Part shown: piece by piece, positions 12,831 to 26,243 of the stretch | Layout: each line of letters begins with the position of its first letter | How positions within the stretch are numbered: the stretch's first letter is position 1 | NCBI GenBank assembly: GCA_951406725.2 | Contig: OX597814.1 | Coordinates: 217,992,001 to 218,056,000, forward strand | Direction: 5' to 3' | Source: Octopus vulgaris | Lineage: Eukaryota | Length of the DNA stretch: 64,000 nucleotides | The notes under the pieces: generated by a model | What the model saw: the letters and a program-made list of their open reading frames with translations, nothing else | What the model was told of the DNA's origin: nothing | Databases searched by the model: none | Translations under genes and position numbers: made by a program

Positions 12831-14264
12831 ATACCAAATAGTAATTAACAAACAAAGGAGAGAGAGAGAAAGAACAGACCCCAACAAAATTCACGTCATT
12901 TCTTAACTAAAACAGTTTTGCTTAGGTTATCTGGTCCACAAGTTAATCACAAGACCATATCTAATTGTGAGATAAACACTATTTCTATTATTATATAATG
13001 TATAATAGCAAAGGCTGTTTAAAAAACAGAGAAATGAGATATTTTCAATATTTGGGTGTTTCTCAGGTGTTGATTTTGTATATATGATGGCAGTTCATTG
13101 CTCAAGTGTGAGATAAGGTTGTTACAAAATAATAAGAGAAAGGATTACATTGACAGATCACATTTAAGATATTGGGGATCAGTCACTCACACACAGTGTG
13201 TGTGTATGAGAGAGAGAGAGAGAGAGAGAGAAGTTGTGTTGAATGTATGGCAGTTGAAAAAGAAAAGTTACAGGATAGTTCCAAACGTAACCCCATCTCT
13301 ATGTTTTATGTGAACAACAAAACAAACTATGCTCCACTGTACACATCTTACACAAGCTGTGTTCTACAAGAAGTTAAATTTGTCACGTGCATAAACAGAG
13401 CAAAGTCAATAATAATAATAATAATAATAAAAAAAATAAAGATTTAGTAGTATAGCAAACGTCTAAGACCCGAATAACATGCATAACGCAGATTAGTTAA
13501 TAAAGCTTTAGATGAGGGTGAAGGTAGTTGGTGGGACGAAGCAAAACAATGCGGTCTTATGTACTCTGAACATGCCTGGCACGCTAGAGTCATGCTGCTA
13601 GTAGTAAGTAGACTGGTGCTTAAGTTTCCACTAGCTGAGAGCCTCATGGGAATTCTTATTTGAAAACAAACATCCCAAAGTCGTGATGATTTCGTATATA
13701 GAAATGGATGTTTAACCTTTTCTCTTATGTGGTCCTTGTCATGTTTAATTAGTCCACCAAGAGCTGCAGGGTATGGAATAATTCATCATAGCTAACTAAT
13801 AGCGTCCTATAATAATGATAGAACCAACAGAAAAGATAACATATTACACTACTTATAAATACGTGGTTTTCTTTTTCATCTGAAATAATACAGAAGAAAA
13901 TAAAAAATAAAAAGGAAATCACACACACACAAAAAAAGAAATGTTTCATTATCGACAATAACTGCAACTTTTTTTAATGTTATTTCTCTCTTTATTTCCA
14001 TAAGAGATGTTTTTAAAAAATGGGATTTTATATTAATTGAATTGTCGTCTAGTAAACTCGGTTAAAAAGATCAGAATATCTTTTCTGTCTATGGAAATCG
14101 CAGAAATGTACTTATTCCTTTTTTTTACCGCTTTGAAACTAGCATTCATAAAAAGAATATATATATATATATATATATGTAGGTCCCGGGTTGATTCGGG
14201 GTTAACCACAGTAAGTAAGGTACTCAATACATAGCAGAGTAAAATTAATTTATTATATAGAAGG

Positions 14265-14315
14265 AGCTTCTACAGGACTAGTACTGTTTCATTCAAGAGA
14301 AATCTTCAGGAAGCT
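14265..14315 (-). ncRNA. type I hammerhead ribozyme (exact reverse complement of 17196-17246)
   Basis: AGCUUC-CUGAAGA-UUUC UCUU GAAU-GAAA-CAGUAC UA GUCCUG-UA/GAAGCU. Confidence 0.85.
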
Positions 14316-14639
14316 ATTTAACAAGAATTGTATTAGCATTTATACATTTAGGCAGGTTTAAAGGAGTGGTGGTGGGGGACTTTTTGGGGGTAGGCATAGC
14401 GCAAAATATCATACTTGGGGGAGTGGTCAAGGAGTCAGTGGTAAGTTAGATGAAAGAACAGATAAATAAAAAAATAAAAAAATAAAAAATAAAAAATAAA
14501 AACATAAAATAAAAAATAAAAAAATAAAAAATATAAAAAATATATATAAAAAAATATATATATAAAATATATATATAAAAAAATATATATATAAAAAAAG
14601 GGGGATAGAGTTATAGGTAAATAAGGAGAGTCTCACTTA

Positions 14640-14696
14640 TACCTATACACACATGTATACGTATCTACACACACATACATACATACACATATATAT

Positions 14697-14744
<48 letters not shown>

Positions 14745-15623
14745 GTACACACATACATACATATCTACATACACACATACATACACCCGCCCACATATAC
14801 AAATTTATACACATGCACATGCCTATACCTGTCTACACATACACACACGTATATATGCATACACTCACTCCCATGCATGCACGCATACACACATGTATAT
14901 ATATATATATATATATATACCCACGACCACACATACATATATACACATAAAAATATATATTCATACGCACATACACTCATGCACACACAACACACCTAGT
15001 TCCCTATATACACATATTTACACCTATATATACATACACCCACATACACCTATGTACACATATATATATATGAACATATACACGCATACATATATATACA
15101 TGTGTGCACATACATACATACACACATATATACATACACATACACATACACATGTGTACCTATACATACCTACACATACACACATACATACATACAAATA
15201 TACATATACATATATATATATATACAATCCAATACAGGCCCATTCCCTAATTTTAATTTTATTATCTTCATTTATTACTTTTGTTATCTTTGATCGCTAG
15301 GGCTAAGAATCCTGGCAATGGCTGCATGTCCATTTGTCTGTCTACTAGAAGGCAAGTACTCATTCCCGCACGCACACTCATTAGCACGTACATTCACCCA
15401 TTCGTACACTCATACACATACACGTACGCACGCGTTATATTCATACATACAAACATCTACATACGTTCACGTATATACACATACGTACTCGTACCTACAG
15501 ATTCGTGTCTACACTTTAGGAGGCTAGTCTATACATATACACCAATAAATATACATATATATATATATATACCCGCATATACATACACACACACACATAT
15601 ATACTCCTACATACAGATACATA

Positions 15624-15667
<44 letters not shown>

Positions 15668-15847
15668 CATACACATACACACATACATATACACACACAT
15701 ACATACACATATATATACATACACAAACATATATACACACATATATATATACATACACACATACACACATACATACGTATACATACATACATACATCCAT
15801 ACATCCATACTTACATGCATTTATACGCATACACACACCCATCTATA

Positions 15848-15884
<37 letters not shown>

Positions 15885-16164
15885 TCACACATACATATAC
15901 AAATCTACGCACACACATACATACATACACGTATACGCATACACGCACATACGCATATACATGCGTACCCATACACGTGCACACACGCACGCGCATCCAT
16001 ATATATACACACACACACATATATATACACGTGTGCAAGCATACATACATACTCATACGCGCACACATACTTACAAATACATATATGCACACACTTACAC
16101 ACATATATATACATACACATATACATGCATACATACATATATGCATACATACACACACGCACTC

Positions 16165-16199
<35 letters not shown>

Positions 16200-16314
16200 T
16201 ATATACATATATAGATATATATACACATACATACACATACACATACATATATATATACATATATAGATATATATACACATACATACACATACACATACAT
16301 ACACACATATACAC

Positions 16315-16349
<35 letters not shown>

Positions 16350-16554
16350 TACATATATACACATATACATACATATACATACACACACACATACATATAT
16401 ACATATACACTGATACACATACCCATACATACACATGCATATACTTATATCACTACATACTCACATATATAAACATATATACATATACACACATACATAT
16501 ATACATGTACATACACATACGTATGCATATATATATATATACATATATATACAC

Positions 16555-16593
<39 letters not shown>

Positions 16594-16851
16594 TACATAT
16601 ACACATATACATGTATACATACGCAAAAAAGATACACATATATACACATACACACACACAGACAGATGCATATACATACATATATATATATAAACTACAT
16701 ATCTATATAAATACATACATAATACACATATACACACACATATATATACATTCATGCATATACATATACAAGTATACATACACATACATACACACACACG
16801 CGCACACATACATATACACACACACATATACAAATACATACATACACACAT

Positions 16852-16884
<33 letters not shown>

Positions 16885-16920
16885 CATACATGTACACATA
16901 TACATATGTATATATATATC
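14640..16920. repeat. 2.3-kb compound (AT)/(AC)/(ACAT) microsatellite mosaic
   Basis: Alternating purine-pyrimidine low-complexity sequence; source of the spurious H/T/Y/I-rich ORFs. Confidence 0.95.
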
Positions 16921-17195
16921 AACAAGGGAGGGTAAAGTTAATTAGTTATTAATCAATTTCATCAAGTGTTCAGTATGTAAAGGGACCATTATTATTTTGA
17001 GTAAACAATGTTAGAGGGAAAAAATTCTCTAAGTAGTGGAAGAGGCTAAAAAACTTTATTGGCTGCTATTTCTAGAAAGTTTAGTATGTGGCAAAGTAAT
17101 TTATTTTATTTTCCTAAGCCCTAATTATATAATATTTTATACCACTCCTTTAAACCTGCCTAAATGTATAAATGCTAATACAATTCTTGTTAAAT

Positions 17196-17246
17196 AGCTT
17201 CCTGAAGATTTCTCTTGAATGAAACAGTACTAGTCCTGTAGAAGCT
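17196..17246 (+). ncRNA. type I hammerhead ribozyme
   Basis: Stem I AGCUUC/GAAGCU; core CUGAAGA (17202-17208); short stem II UUC/GAA; GAAA (17221-17224); stem III CAG..CUG with palindromic ACUAGU centre; GUA triplet, predicted cut after 17240. Confidence 0.85.
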
Positions 17247-17257
17247 CCTTCTATATA

Positions 17258-17263
<6 letters not shown>

Positions 17264-17334
<71 letters not shown>

Positions 17335-17358
17335 AGGGAGAGGGAGAGAGAGACAGAG

Positions 17359-17453
<95 letters not shown>

Positions 17454-17483
17454 TAGATAGAATAGATATATAGATAGACAGAC

Positions 17484-17514
<31 letters not shown>

Positions 17515-17605
17515 TAGATAGATAGAATAGATAGATAGAATAGATATATAGATAGACAGACAGATAGATAGATAGACAGATAGAATAGATAGATAGAATA
17601 GATAT

Positions 17606-17650
<45 letters not shown>

Positions 17651-17681
17651 TAGACAGACAGACAGACAGACAGACACAGAC

Positions 17682-17736
<55 letters not shown>

Positions 17737-17753
17737 CAGACAGATAGAGAGAC

Positions 17754-17784
<31 letters not shown>

Positions 17785-17815
17785 TAGATATATAGATAGA
17801 TAGACAGATAGATAG
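17264..17815. repeat. compound microsatellite (TA)n-(GA)n-(GATA/GACA)n
   Basis: Direct inspection. Confidence 0.97.
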
Positions 17816-19598
17816 TTAAAAAAGACAAATGTTGATTTAGCTTGCTTAAGTCAACTATTACAACACAGTGACTTCCCTGCCATGGGACATGCAGTTAAGA
17901 AGATTTATAGAGAAATGCACAGAACTTCTAATTGCTTGATAATTAGTATTTATTTGTGCAAAGTTTCAACCAACTGTTTCTCCAGCTGTGATCTCACTTC
18001 ACTGCATCTGTTTCCCTATTAAATTAAAAGCTACACTGCCGTTAGTATAATGCTTGCTCTCTTCTACAGTTACACAACATATGAACACACACACACACAC
18101 ACATAGACACGCACATCTTCAAGGGAGCCTCTATGTGGTCACTCCCTGCTAGAAATAAAAGTAAATCTCCTTTCTATCAGGACATAGTATCTTTTTGTTT
18201 TCCTTTCTATTTAGAACACATTAGATCAAAACTTGACAAAAGGACCAAACAAAACACAAAAGCTGCTAAAACTCTACAAAGAATTTAAGGCCAGGAATGG
18301 GGAAACAGCACCAGTCACCACCACTAAGCAAAAACAAAACAAAAAAGAAAGAAAGAAAAAGGAAAATTTGGGTTCTGTCAGATTTCCACAGCAGTCTGAC
18401 ATTTTCAAATGACCAGAAGATAAGAAAAATTGCTTGAAAACAGATAATGGGTAAGGGATTAGGAGCAATGGAAGTAGCTCCATTTAACTGAAGCTAATAA
18501 ACTTTAATGAAGCTCATTAAATTCACTTTCGACAGAATGTCAAGCCTCATGGAAACCGTTTTCTAAAAGAAGGTTAATAAGGTGTCAAACAGAAATAAAA
18601 ACCTTACTTAGACGTGTGCATGCGTGTATTGGCAAACGAGGCAAATAAAGGTACAAGACTACAATTATATATAATGAAATTGTATGTGTGTGGGTGTGCA
18701 TGTTTGTGTGTGCATGTGGATGTGTCTGCATGTGTGTGCGTGAGTCCAAATCTTTTGTATGCATTCTCTAATATATTTCTGGGTAGAACACTTATCACTA
18801 CATGCCTCACTTTAGCTAACAGTTACAAATATTTATCGTATCTCCTACTAACATTCTTAGACTTGAAGCCTGCCTGAAAAAGGTAAAGGCAATGTGAAAC
18901 CACTTAACTGTATCCTTCCTTTCCCACCCCTAGAAAATGCAACAAACTAACAACCGAAATGATCTCTAAGGTACTATTGTGGAATGCCAGAGAAAGTGCA
19001 TTGCGGTATTAAAGTGTATATCCTTTTACAATGTGGGTTCAAATCCCGTCAAAGTGGGTTGATAAAATGAAATATCAGTCAAGTACTGGATGGAGCAGAA
19101 TCTGTTGTTTCAACCCTATTCAACAGCTAAAAAAAAAAAAAAAGGGGGCCTTTAAGCCTGAATCAGAAATCAATAGAAGAAAGATAGAAAGTGCAGAGTT
19201 GTTTTAGCTTCAGCCTTCTGTTTTCAGAATTAATATCTCACCAAAGTCAGTTACTTTCCATTCTAGGGTCAATAAATTAAGTACTAGTTAAGTACTGGAG
19301 AAAGGGATGACAGGATACCCCTTTGTTTGAGTTGTAGCTTTGTGTCTTAAGTAATTAATGTTTATTCTTGTTCAATCCTGGCTGAGCAGACATATGTTCC
19401 AGTTATGACCATCTTGTTTTCCTTAATATTTTTTTCAAACCAAGGGTATCTGGGACAATATCCAATGTGCCCAATTCTAAAACAATAGGGTGTGATTTGA
19501 AGGAAATTTGGTTGTGTGATTGTGTAGCTGCTGCTTCTCTTGCAACTAGGTTAGAAATCTCTAGAGTACCCAGTGAAATAAGTTGTGAAGATGTATTG

Positions 19599-19984
19599 GA
19601 TGGAAGCACTCCGTCGGTTACGACGATGAGGGTTCGGGTTGATCCGAATCAACGGAACAGCCAGCTCGTGAAATTAACGTGTAAGTGGCTGAGCACTCCA
19701 CAGACACGTGTACCCTTAACGTAGTTCTTGGGGATAATCAGCGTGACACAGAGAGTGACAAGGCCGGCCCTTTGAAATACAGGTACAACGGAAACAGGAA
19801 GTAAGAGTGAGAGAAAGTTGTGGTGAAAGAGTACAGCAGGGATCACCACCACTCCCTGCCGGAACGCGTGGAGCTTTAAGTGTTTTCGCTCAATAAACAC
19901 TCACAACGCCCGGTCTGGGAATCGAAACCGCGATCCTACGACCGTGAGTCCGCTGCCCTAACCACTGGGCCATTGCGCCTCCAC
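19599..19984 (-). mobile_element. tRNA-derived SINE family C, full length (probably one of the described octopus OR/OK SINEs)
   Basis: Head GTGGAGGCGCAATGGCCCAGTGGTTAGGGCAGCGGAC..GGTTTCGATTCCC; 12-bp TSD GAAGATGTATTG (19587-19598 / 19985-19996). Confidence 0.93.
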
Positions 19985-20311
19985 GAAGATGTATTGAGCC
20001 ATATGTAAATAAAAAAAACTTTTCTTTAATCGAAATTTCCTTCTCAAACATGGCCACCAGATACAACATGCAATTCTACTACATATCCATAGCCAATGTG
20101 CTTTTCTTTCGATCTACATAGTGATTAAAATGGTGGCGTAGCAGTAGTTTGCTTAAAAAATTTGATAAAATATCTAAAACTAGGATTCTACTAATTGGAC
20201 TTTTAATTCATCTTAAAAAGAAAGAAAAAAGAAATTTTGATAGCATTATCAGTGATTACATCTTCCTCTGAATATCTAAAAAGAAAGTGTGATGTGCATT
20301 TTCTATGAGCA

Positions 20312-20525
20312 TGGATGCATGTGCATCTGTATGTATGCATGTATGTGTGTATATGTATGCATGTGTGCATGCATTCATGTATGCATGTGTGTATGCATGC
20401 ATGGATGCGTGTGTGTATGCATGTATGTCTGTGTATGTATGCATGTATGCGTGTATATGTATGCATGTATGTGTGCATATATGTATGCATGTATGTATGC
20501 ATATATGTATGCATGTATGTATGCA

Positions 20526-20566
<41 letters not shown>
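20312..20566. repeat. (TGCATGTATG)-like and (TA)n simple repeat
   Basis: Direct inspection. Confidence 0.9.
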
Positions 20567-20568
<2 letters not shown>

Positions 20569-20747
20569 TCATCATCATCATCATCATCATCGTTTAGCGT
20601 CTGCTTTCCATGCTGGCATGGGTTGGACGGTTCAACTGGGGTCTGGGGAGCCAGTAGGCTGCACCAGGCTCCAGTCTGATCTGGCAGTGTTTCTACGGCT
20701 GGATGCCCTTCCTAACGCCAACCACTCCGTGAGTGTAGTGGGTGCTT
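20567..20747 (-). mobile_element. family B retroposon 3' end with (GAT)n tail, RTE-type
   Basis: GGCGTTAGGAAGGGCATCCAGC...GACGCTAAACGATGATG on the minus strand. Confidence 0.85.
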
Positions 20748-21204
20748 AGAGTGACATAAGTATATGCATTTAACTAGAGAAACAGTGGCATATGTATGTA
20801 GAGAGTGATGTAAGCATTATACCAAAGCCTTCATTTATCTCTTAAGACCCACAACATGGCATGAAACTAGATGTAAGTAGGTGATCTCAAGGGGCTCATT
20901 GGTGCCTAAGAAGAAACAATCAGATAATTTCTGAATGTGAAATATAAAGTTCATTACAACTGCTATGGTGTTATTTACATTAGCAAAGAGATTCCTAATA
21001 AAATAGACTATTATTGATATGCATCACTGCTTTTATTTTCCTCCTCATCCCACCTGGCAGTCAAGCATACTCAAATACAACGGTAGCAGGTAGCTACCTC
21101 CGATTATGTCTAGTGTGCTTCTTTGCTTACTTCACTGTCCACACAGGCATCGAAGAAACTACTGAAGCCAGGAAGCTCATTTTTTTTTGGTTTCAATTAT
21201 TATC

Positions 21205-21708
21205 GAAGTCGATCAACATCAATGGAAATTGCAGCTGTGGTACCAGTGCCGGTGACAAGTAAGCGAACCATCCGATCGTGGCCGTTGCCAGCGCCGCCCC
21301 GACTGGCCTCCGTGTCGGTGGCACGTAGCGCCGTCCGTTCGTGGCCGTTGCCAGCCTCGCCTGGCCCCTGTGCCGGTGGCACGTAAAAGCACCATCCGTT
21401 TGTGGCCGTTTGCCAGCTCCGTCTGGCACCTGTACAGGTGGCACGTAAAAAGCACCCACTACACTCACGGAGTGGTTGGCGTTAGGAAGGGCATCCAGCT
21501 GTAGAAACACTGCCAGATCAGACTGGGCCTGATGCAGCCTTCTAGCTTCACAGACCCCAGTTGAACTGTCTACCAAATCCACTCACAAGGCTTTGGTCGA
21601 CCCGAGGCTATAGTAGAAGACACTTACCCAAGGTGCCACGCAGTGGGACTGATCCCGGAACCATGTGGTTGGTAAACAAGCTACTTACCACACTGCCACT
21701 CCTGCGCC
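21205..21708. mobile_element. family B retroposon (+, 21205-21567) fused to a SINE A head (-, 21568-21708)
   Basis: About 60-bp GGTGGCACGTAAAAGCACC units and family B body, with an abrupt switch into family A sequence. Confidence 0.85.
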
Positions 21709-21720
21709 TAATTTTTTGTG

Positions 21721-21788
21721 CAGGGGTTCCTTGAGACATGTAATTTATTTTAAGAGTTGTGCAAGGGTAAAAAGGTCGAGAAACACTG
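21721..21788. mobile_element. hAT MITE terminal remnant
   Basis: Ends ..AAAAAGGTCGAGAAACACTG, resembling a Buster/Charlie TIR. Confidence 0.45.
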
Positions 21789-22506
21789 ATCTACAGTATG
21801 TATAGTGAAGGTACTTAACTGTTGCTAGCCCTGACCATGAGACAGATTCAGCTTGAACTGGAGACATGCATGACTAATCAATGTTTTGTTAGCCAGCAGG
21901 GCCGAATTCAAGTCGTTCCCCAGACATGAAAAAAGTTAATGGGAACTCATTCCAATGTATTCTTTCTTGAAAATCCTGTGCGCTCCATCGAAAATGCTTA
22001 GAAATTGATAGTGATGCTTTAGCCCCCATTTCAGTGGAAAAATAAGAAATACTGCAATCACACTGCCAAAATCTTAGCAACAGCAACGCTAACACATATC
22101 TGGTGAAACACTTAAAAAAAAAAAATAAAGATAATTTGATAAGTGTCAGAGTAAAATTCCTTGTATCAAGCAACAAATTCTAGATTTAAAAAGGTCAATG
22201 AGCTGAAAACATACGAATTTATCAATGCCATTGTGGATACAATAATGAAATAGAGGCTGTTACTCCTTGATTCCTGTCAAAATTGTTGTATATTTTGAGC
22301 AACATAAAATGATAGCTGGTTAAAATACTAATCATTTAATTTTGAATTACTTTTTGATATAACATGATCCATGCAGATCTGATGCATCTATTCTGTGCAT
22401 ACAATATACTGACTATGGGGTTTCATACTAAACAAAATTTCCCAGTATGAATAAGAGGTTATATGATCAGTTTTTCTGTTTGATATTTCTATGGCATACA
22501 CTAGGA

Positions 22507-22683
22507 GGAAGCACTCCGTCGGTTACGACGACGAGGGTTCCGGTTGATCCGAATCAACGGAACAGCCTGCTCGTGAAATTAACGTGTAAGTGGCTGAGCA
22601 CTCCACAGACACGTGTACCCTTAACGTAGTTCTCGGGGATATTCAGCGTGACACAGAGAGTGACAAGGCCGGCCCTTTGAAAT
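22507..22683 (-). mobile_element. SINE family C, 5'-truncated
   Basis: Matches the 3' half of 19599-19984. Confidence 0.9.
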
Positions 22684-23758
22684 GCTAACATTATAGCCAC
22701 AGGGTAAGAAACACAGTTAAGCAAATTAGGCTCAAATAAAGATGGAAGTGCATTTAACAAGTTTTGAAACACGGAACATATTGGAGTAACAATAAAATCG
22801 CCAAAAGATTGAGAATTTGATGATTGCTAAAAAGGAAAGAAACATCAAAATGTTATAGAAAATGTATGAGTTTAGAAATGCTTGGGTAGTGTTTTGAAAT
22901 GCTTGGATAATAAAATATTTGAATAAATTGAGGGAAATAAGGGATGGTATAATGATAGTAGAAGGATGGGTGAGAGTGATTTGTTTATGCTAACAGTCAG
23001 GGGCAACACTAGTGTCAAAGGGGCTGGCCTAGACTTCACGGGGGTAGCGTTAACAGAGATATTTTGCTTAAATGGGGGAGGAGAAAGTGTAAAGTTGGTA
23101 AAGATGCATGTTGCAAGGGATCAGAATACACAGCTGCAATTGAGAAACAGGGAAAGGTCTACAGCTGTTTGCTGAATAAAAGAGTCATATGCCTTTCTAA
23201 TAATCTTCCAGCAGCAATTTCAAATATTGACAGACATATAACACACACACACACACACACACAACTGAACCACTTTGTCATAGTCAATTACACCTAGATC
23301 ACATAACATATCATTAAGGCTAACAAATTGTTTTTGTTTTCTTTTTCCTCTGCTTTGTGTTAATTTATTTATTTATATATTCACTTGTTCACTTCCCTTC
23401 TCCTCTGAATTATGAAACAACTTATACCTTTTAAACAAAGAAAATATTTTAATTTTGTTTATGAAATTGTGAAAGAGAAAAAGAAAGAGAACAGGGGATG
23501 ATGTTTTTGTTTTGTTTTATTTTCTTTCAATCTCAACTGACACAGTAGGAGAGATGCAAAACATTGACAATTTCCTTTCCTGAGAAAGTGGGAAAAGTAT
23601 CGTACCCTAAAATTATTGTAAAATTACATTTTTGCATAAAATCTTTGTTATAAAATCAAAAATAGACTATGCCAAATTAAACAAATTTGATGTGAGAAAA
23701 ATCCCCAAAATCACTTTCAATAAAGGAATTCAAGTTTTCAGAACAATTATATAAATAA

Positions 23759-24275
23759 CTAGCAGTATCGCCTGGCGTTGCTCGGGTTTGTAAGGGAAAT
23801 AACTATATAAGCATTTTTAGAGAGTTACTTCCTTTATAGATGCCAATTCGGACTTTCTTAGCCATTTCTGTTTTGGTGTCTTCAAGCCATGAAGTCGTTG
23901 TTCTAAAAGAACGCTGGTCTCCTTGACAACGCATTACGACGTTGATTTCCTTAAACTCCCTTCCCCACAGCTTCACGAGGGAGGGAAGAAGGGGGAGAAG
24001 CAAACACAGGTGCAGGTGTTTGAGCGTGGACGCCAACTCCGCCGCCATTGACACACGAAAAATTATGCATTAAAATGGAATAAAAAATGATGTTAAATTA
24101 TTTTTTAAATCGTAGACTCATCGTAGACGCGCGCTAATAGCCAGACGGGCTCGATATAAATCACGACTATAAGATACCCGAATTTGGTTAAACTGCACCG
24201 CAAAATGTGGGAGGAGTTAGGAATCTAAATCGAAGGGGACAGACACTCACACAACTACAGTTTTATATATATAGA
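23759..24275 (-). mobile_element. 517-bp non-autonomous Helitron
   Basis: 5' TC, 3' hairpin + CTAG, A|T insertion; near-identical to 35606-36122. Confidence 0.9.
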
Positions 24276-25882
24276 TATAAAGTGTTAGCATTACTTCAAA
24301 TGTATATTATTGCTGCATTATATTATACAGGTGAAGTAATTCATGAATTCATATTTATTTTGTTGAAAATTCACATCCACTGCAAAAGTAACATTGTCTC
24401 TGGGCAAGTCATTTTATGCCATGCACCACAATTCTTCTGGCAGTTGGAAATAACTTGAAATGTTTGTAACGATAAATAAACATTCTATCCAGAAAATGAT
24501 TCATCTATCTTTTTCCTTAGCATTACTGAATCCTAAAATGAATCGTTAGAATTCTAGATAGACATGAAAAATAATATTGGTTGTGAGATCAGTTGCCAAA
24601 ACAATCAATCACACTATAATAGTAGATACGACAGTTACTTGTTGGTCTCTAAATCAAAGTATACTAACAGTAAACTCTGGGTACTGGAACTGAGTAGAGT
24701 GACCATTTTATAAAACAAATATTGTATGTAACCTGCAGTAGGCTATGCTAATAAACTGTGCAGAAAACAGGGATAAGAAATTGTACACAAGAGAATTACC
24801 GCTACACCTTGAAATATGGTATGCTGCTGAAGTTAACTGAAATTGGGCCCGTGAAGTAGATTCTGCATAATCCCTTGATTCCACGGAATATTAAAAAGAT
24901 ACAGAATGTCTATGAAACAAGTTCAGCCAAATATAATAAGCACTGCAAACATAGTCTGTCAATATCTAAAATGTTAGATAAATGGATTATTCCTAAGTTT
25001 TCAATCACTTATCTCTGATCTATGCATCTAATCAAGCAAAGCTGACCAAAATTTCTCAATAGTATTGGTTTCAAATTTTGGCAGAAGGCCAGCAATTCCA
25101 GAGGAACGGGTAAGTCAGTTACATCGACCTCCTACTACTCAACTGGTACTTGTTTTATTGACCTCAAAAGGAAGAAAGACAAAGCCAATTTCGGCAGAAT
25201 TCAAGCTCAAAATGAAAATACAGATGAAATGCTGCTGTGCATTTTGCCTGGTGTGCAAATGGTTCTGCCAGCCCATTGCCTGAGGTTACTCAATAACATT
25301 ATCAAGGAAAATGGTTATTATTTCAAACTCACAGTGGAAAGTGTAGCTGAGAAAAGGACTGTAAAATATCCAAGGCAATAAATGGAATATCTGGTGTTGT
25401 TCATTGATTAAAATCCATGCTAACAGAAAATCCAAATACAAAATATCAATAAGTTTTTTAGAATTGAAAATGATTTTAAATTCCAAATATTGTTTCAGAA
25501 AAGAAACTTACAAATGCCTGACTTTAAGCTACAAATAACTGCTGGTATAACTTAAAATATGTTGGGATTTTTAACCAAGCAGGAAAAGTTTATAACGTTA
25601 TAAGTTCACATAGAAATATTACTAGTGCTTATTTTATCAATGCTATTTAAATGAAAGGCAAGTCAATAGCCACAGATATCAGAAATGAAATAGGGACATG
25701 AATCTAAATACCGTAGGAAATTCAGTTTGATGCATGAGGCATTTCTGTATTACATTGCCAAAAAGTGGATTGCAAAATCATCTCAGCCAGGCATAGATAT
25801 CATAATGTATTTAAGTTCAGTATGTTACCATTTTAGCCAACTACCTGCTCACCAACATCATAAACATAATTGTTTCTTTTAT

Positions 25883-26243
25883 CGTGGCTGATGCCAGCGC
25901 CGCCTCGACTGGCTTCCGTGTCGGTGGCACGTAAAAGGCACCATCCGAATCGTGGCCGAAGCCAGTGCCGCCTCGACTGGCTTCCGTGCAGGTGGCACGT
26001 AAAATGCACCAATCTGACCGTGGCCGATGCCAGCCTCGCCTGGCATCAGTGCAGGGGGCACGTAAAAAGCACCCACTACACTCACGGAGTGGTTGGCGTT
26101 AGGAAGGGCATCCAGCTGTAGAAACATTGCCAGATAAGACCGGAGCCTGGTGCAGCCTTCTGGCTTCCCAGATCCCCGGTTGAACCGTCCAACCCATGCT
26201 AGCATGGAGAACAGACGTTAAACGATGATGATGATGATGATGA
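25883..26243 (+). mobile_element. family B retroposon with 3 tandem units
   Basis: Tandem units, conserved body, (GAT)n tail. Confidence 0.88.

Larger units (their letters stand above)
14179..17263. mobile_element. non-coding Penelope-like/retrozyme-like element with inverted hammerhead-bearing terminal repeats
   Basis: Perfect 123-bp inverted repeat (14248-14370 / 17141-17263) with a hammerhead in each arm; 69-bp extension on the left arm; both flanks (TA)n; interior is microsatellite mosaic with short unique islands. Confidence 0.75.

Noticed and set aside
15281-16693. 470-aa ORF and overlapping H/T/Y/I- or C/V/M-rich ORFs
   Set aside because: Translations of AC/AT microsatellite that lacks stop codons; the same applies to 17150-17828, 20203-20749 and 27394-28269.
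20312-20530. Cluster of TGCATG (RBFOX) motifs
   Set aside because: Part of a simple repeat and mostly on the strand opposite to the inferred host transcript.
23803-24054. 83-aa ORF conserved in two places (also 35827-36078)
   Set aside because: Conservation reflects two young copies of one Helitron; non-ATG start and no recognisable domain.
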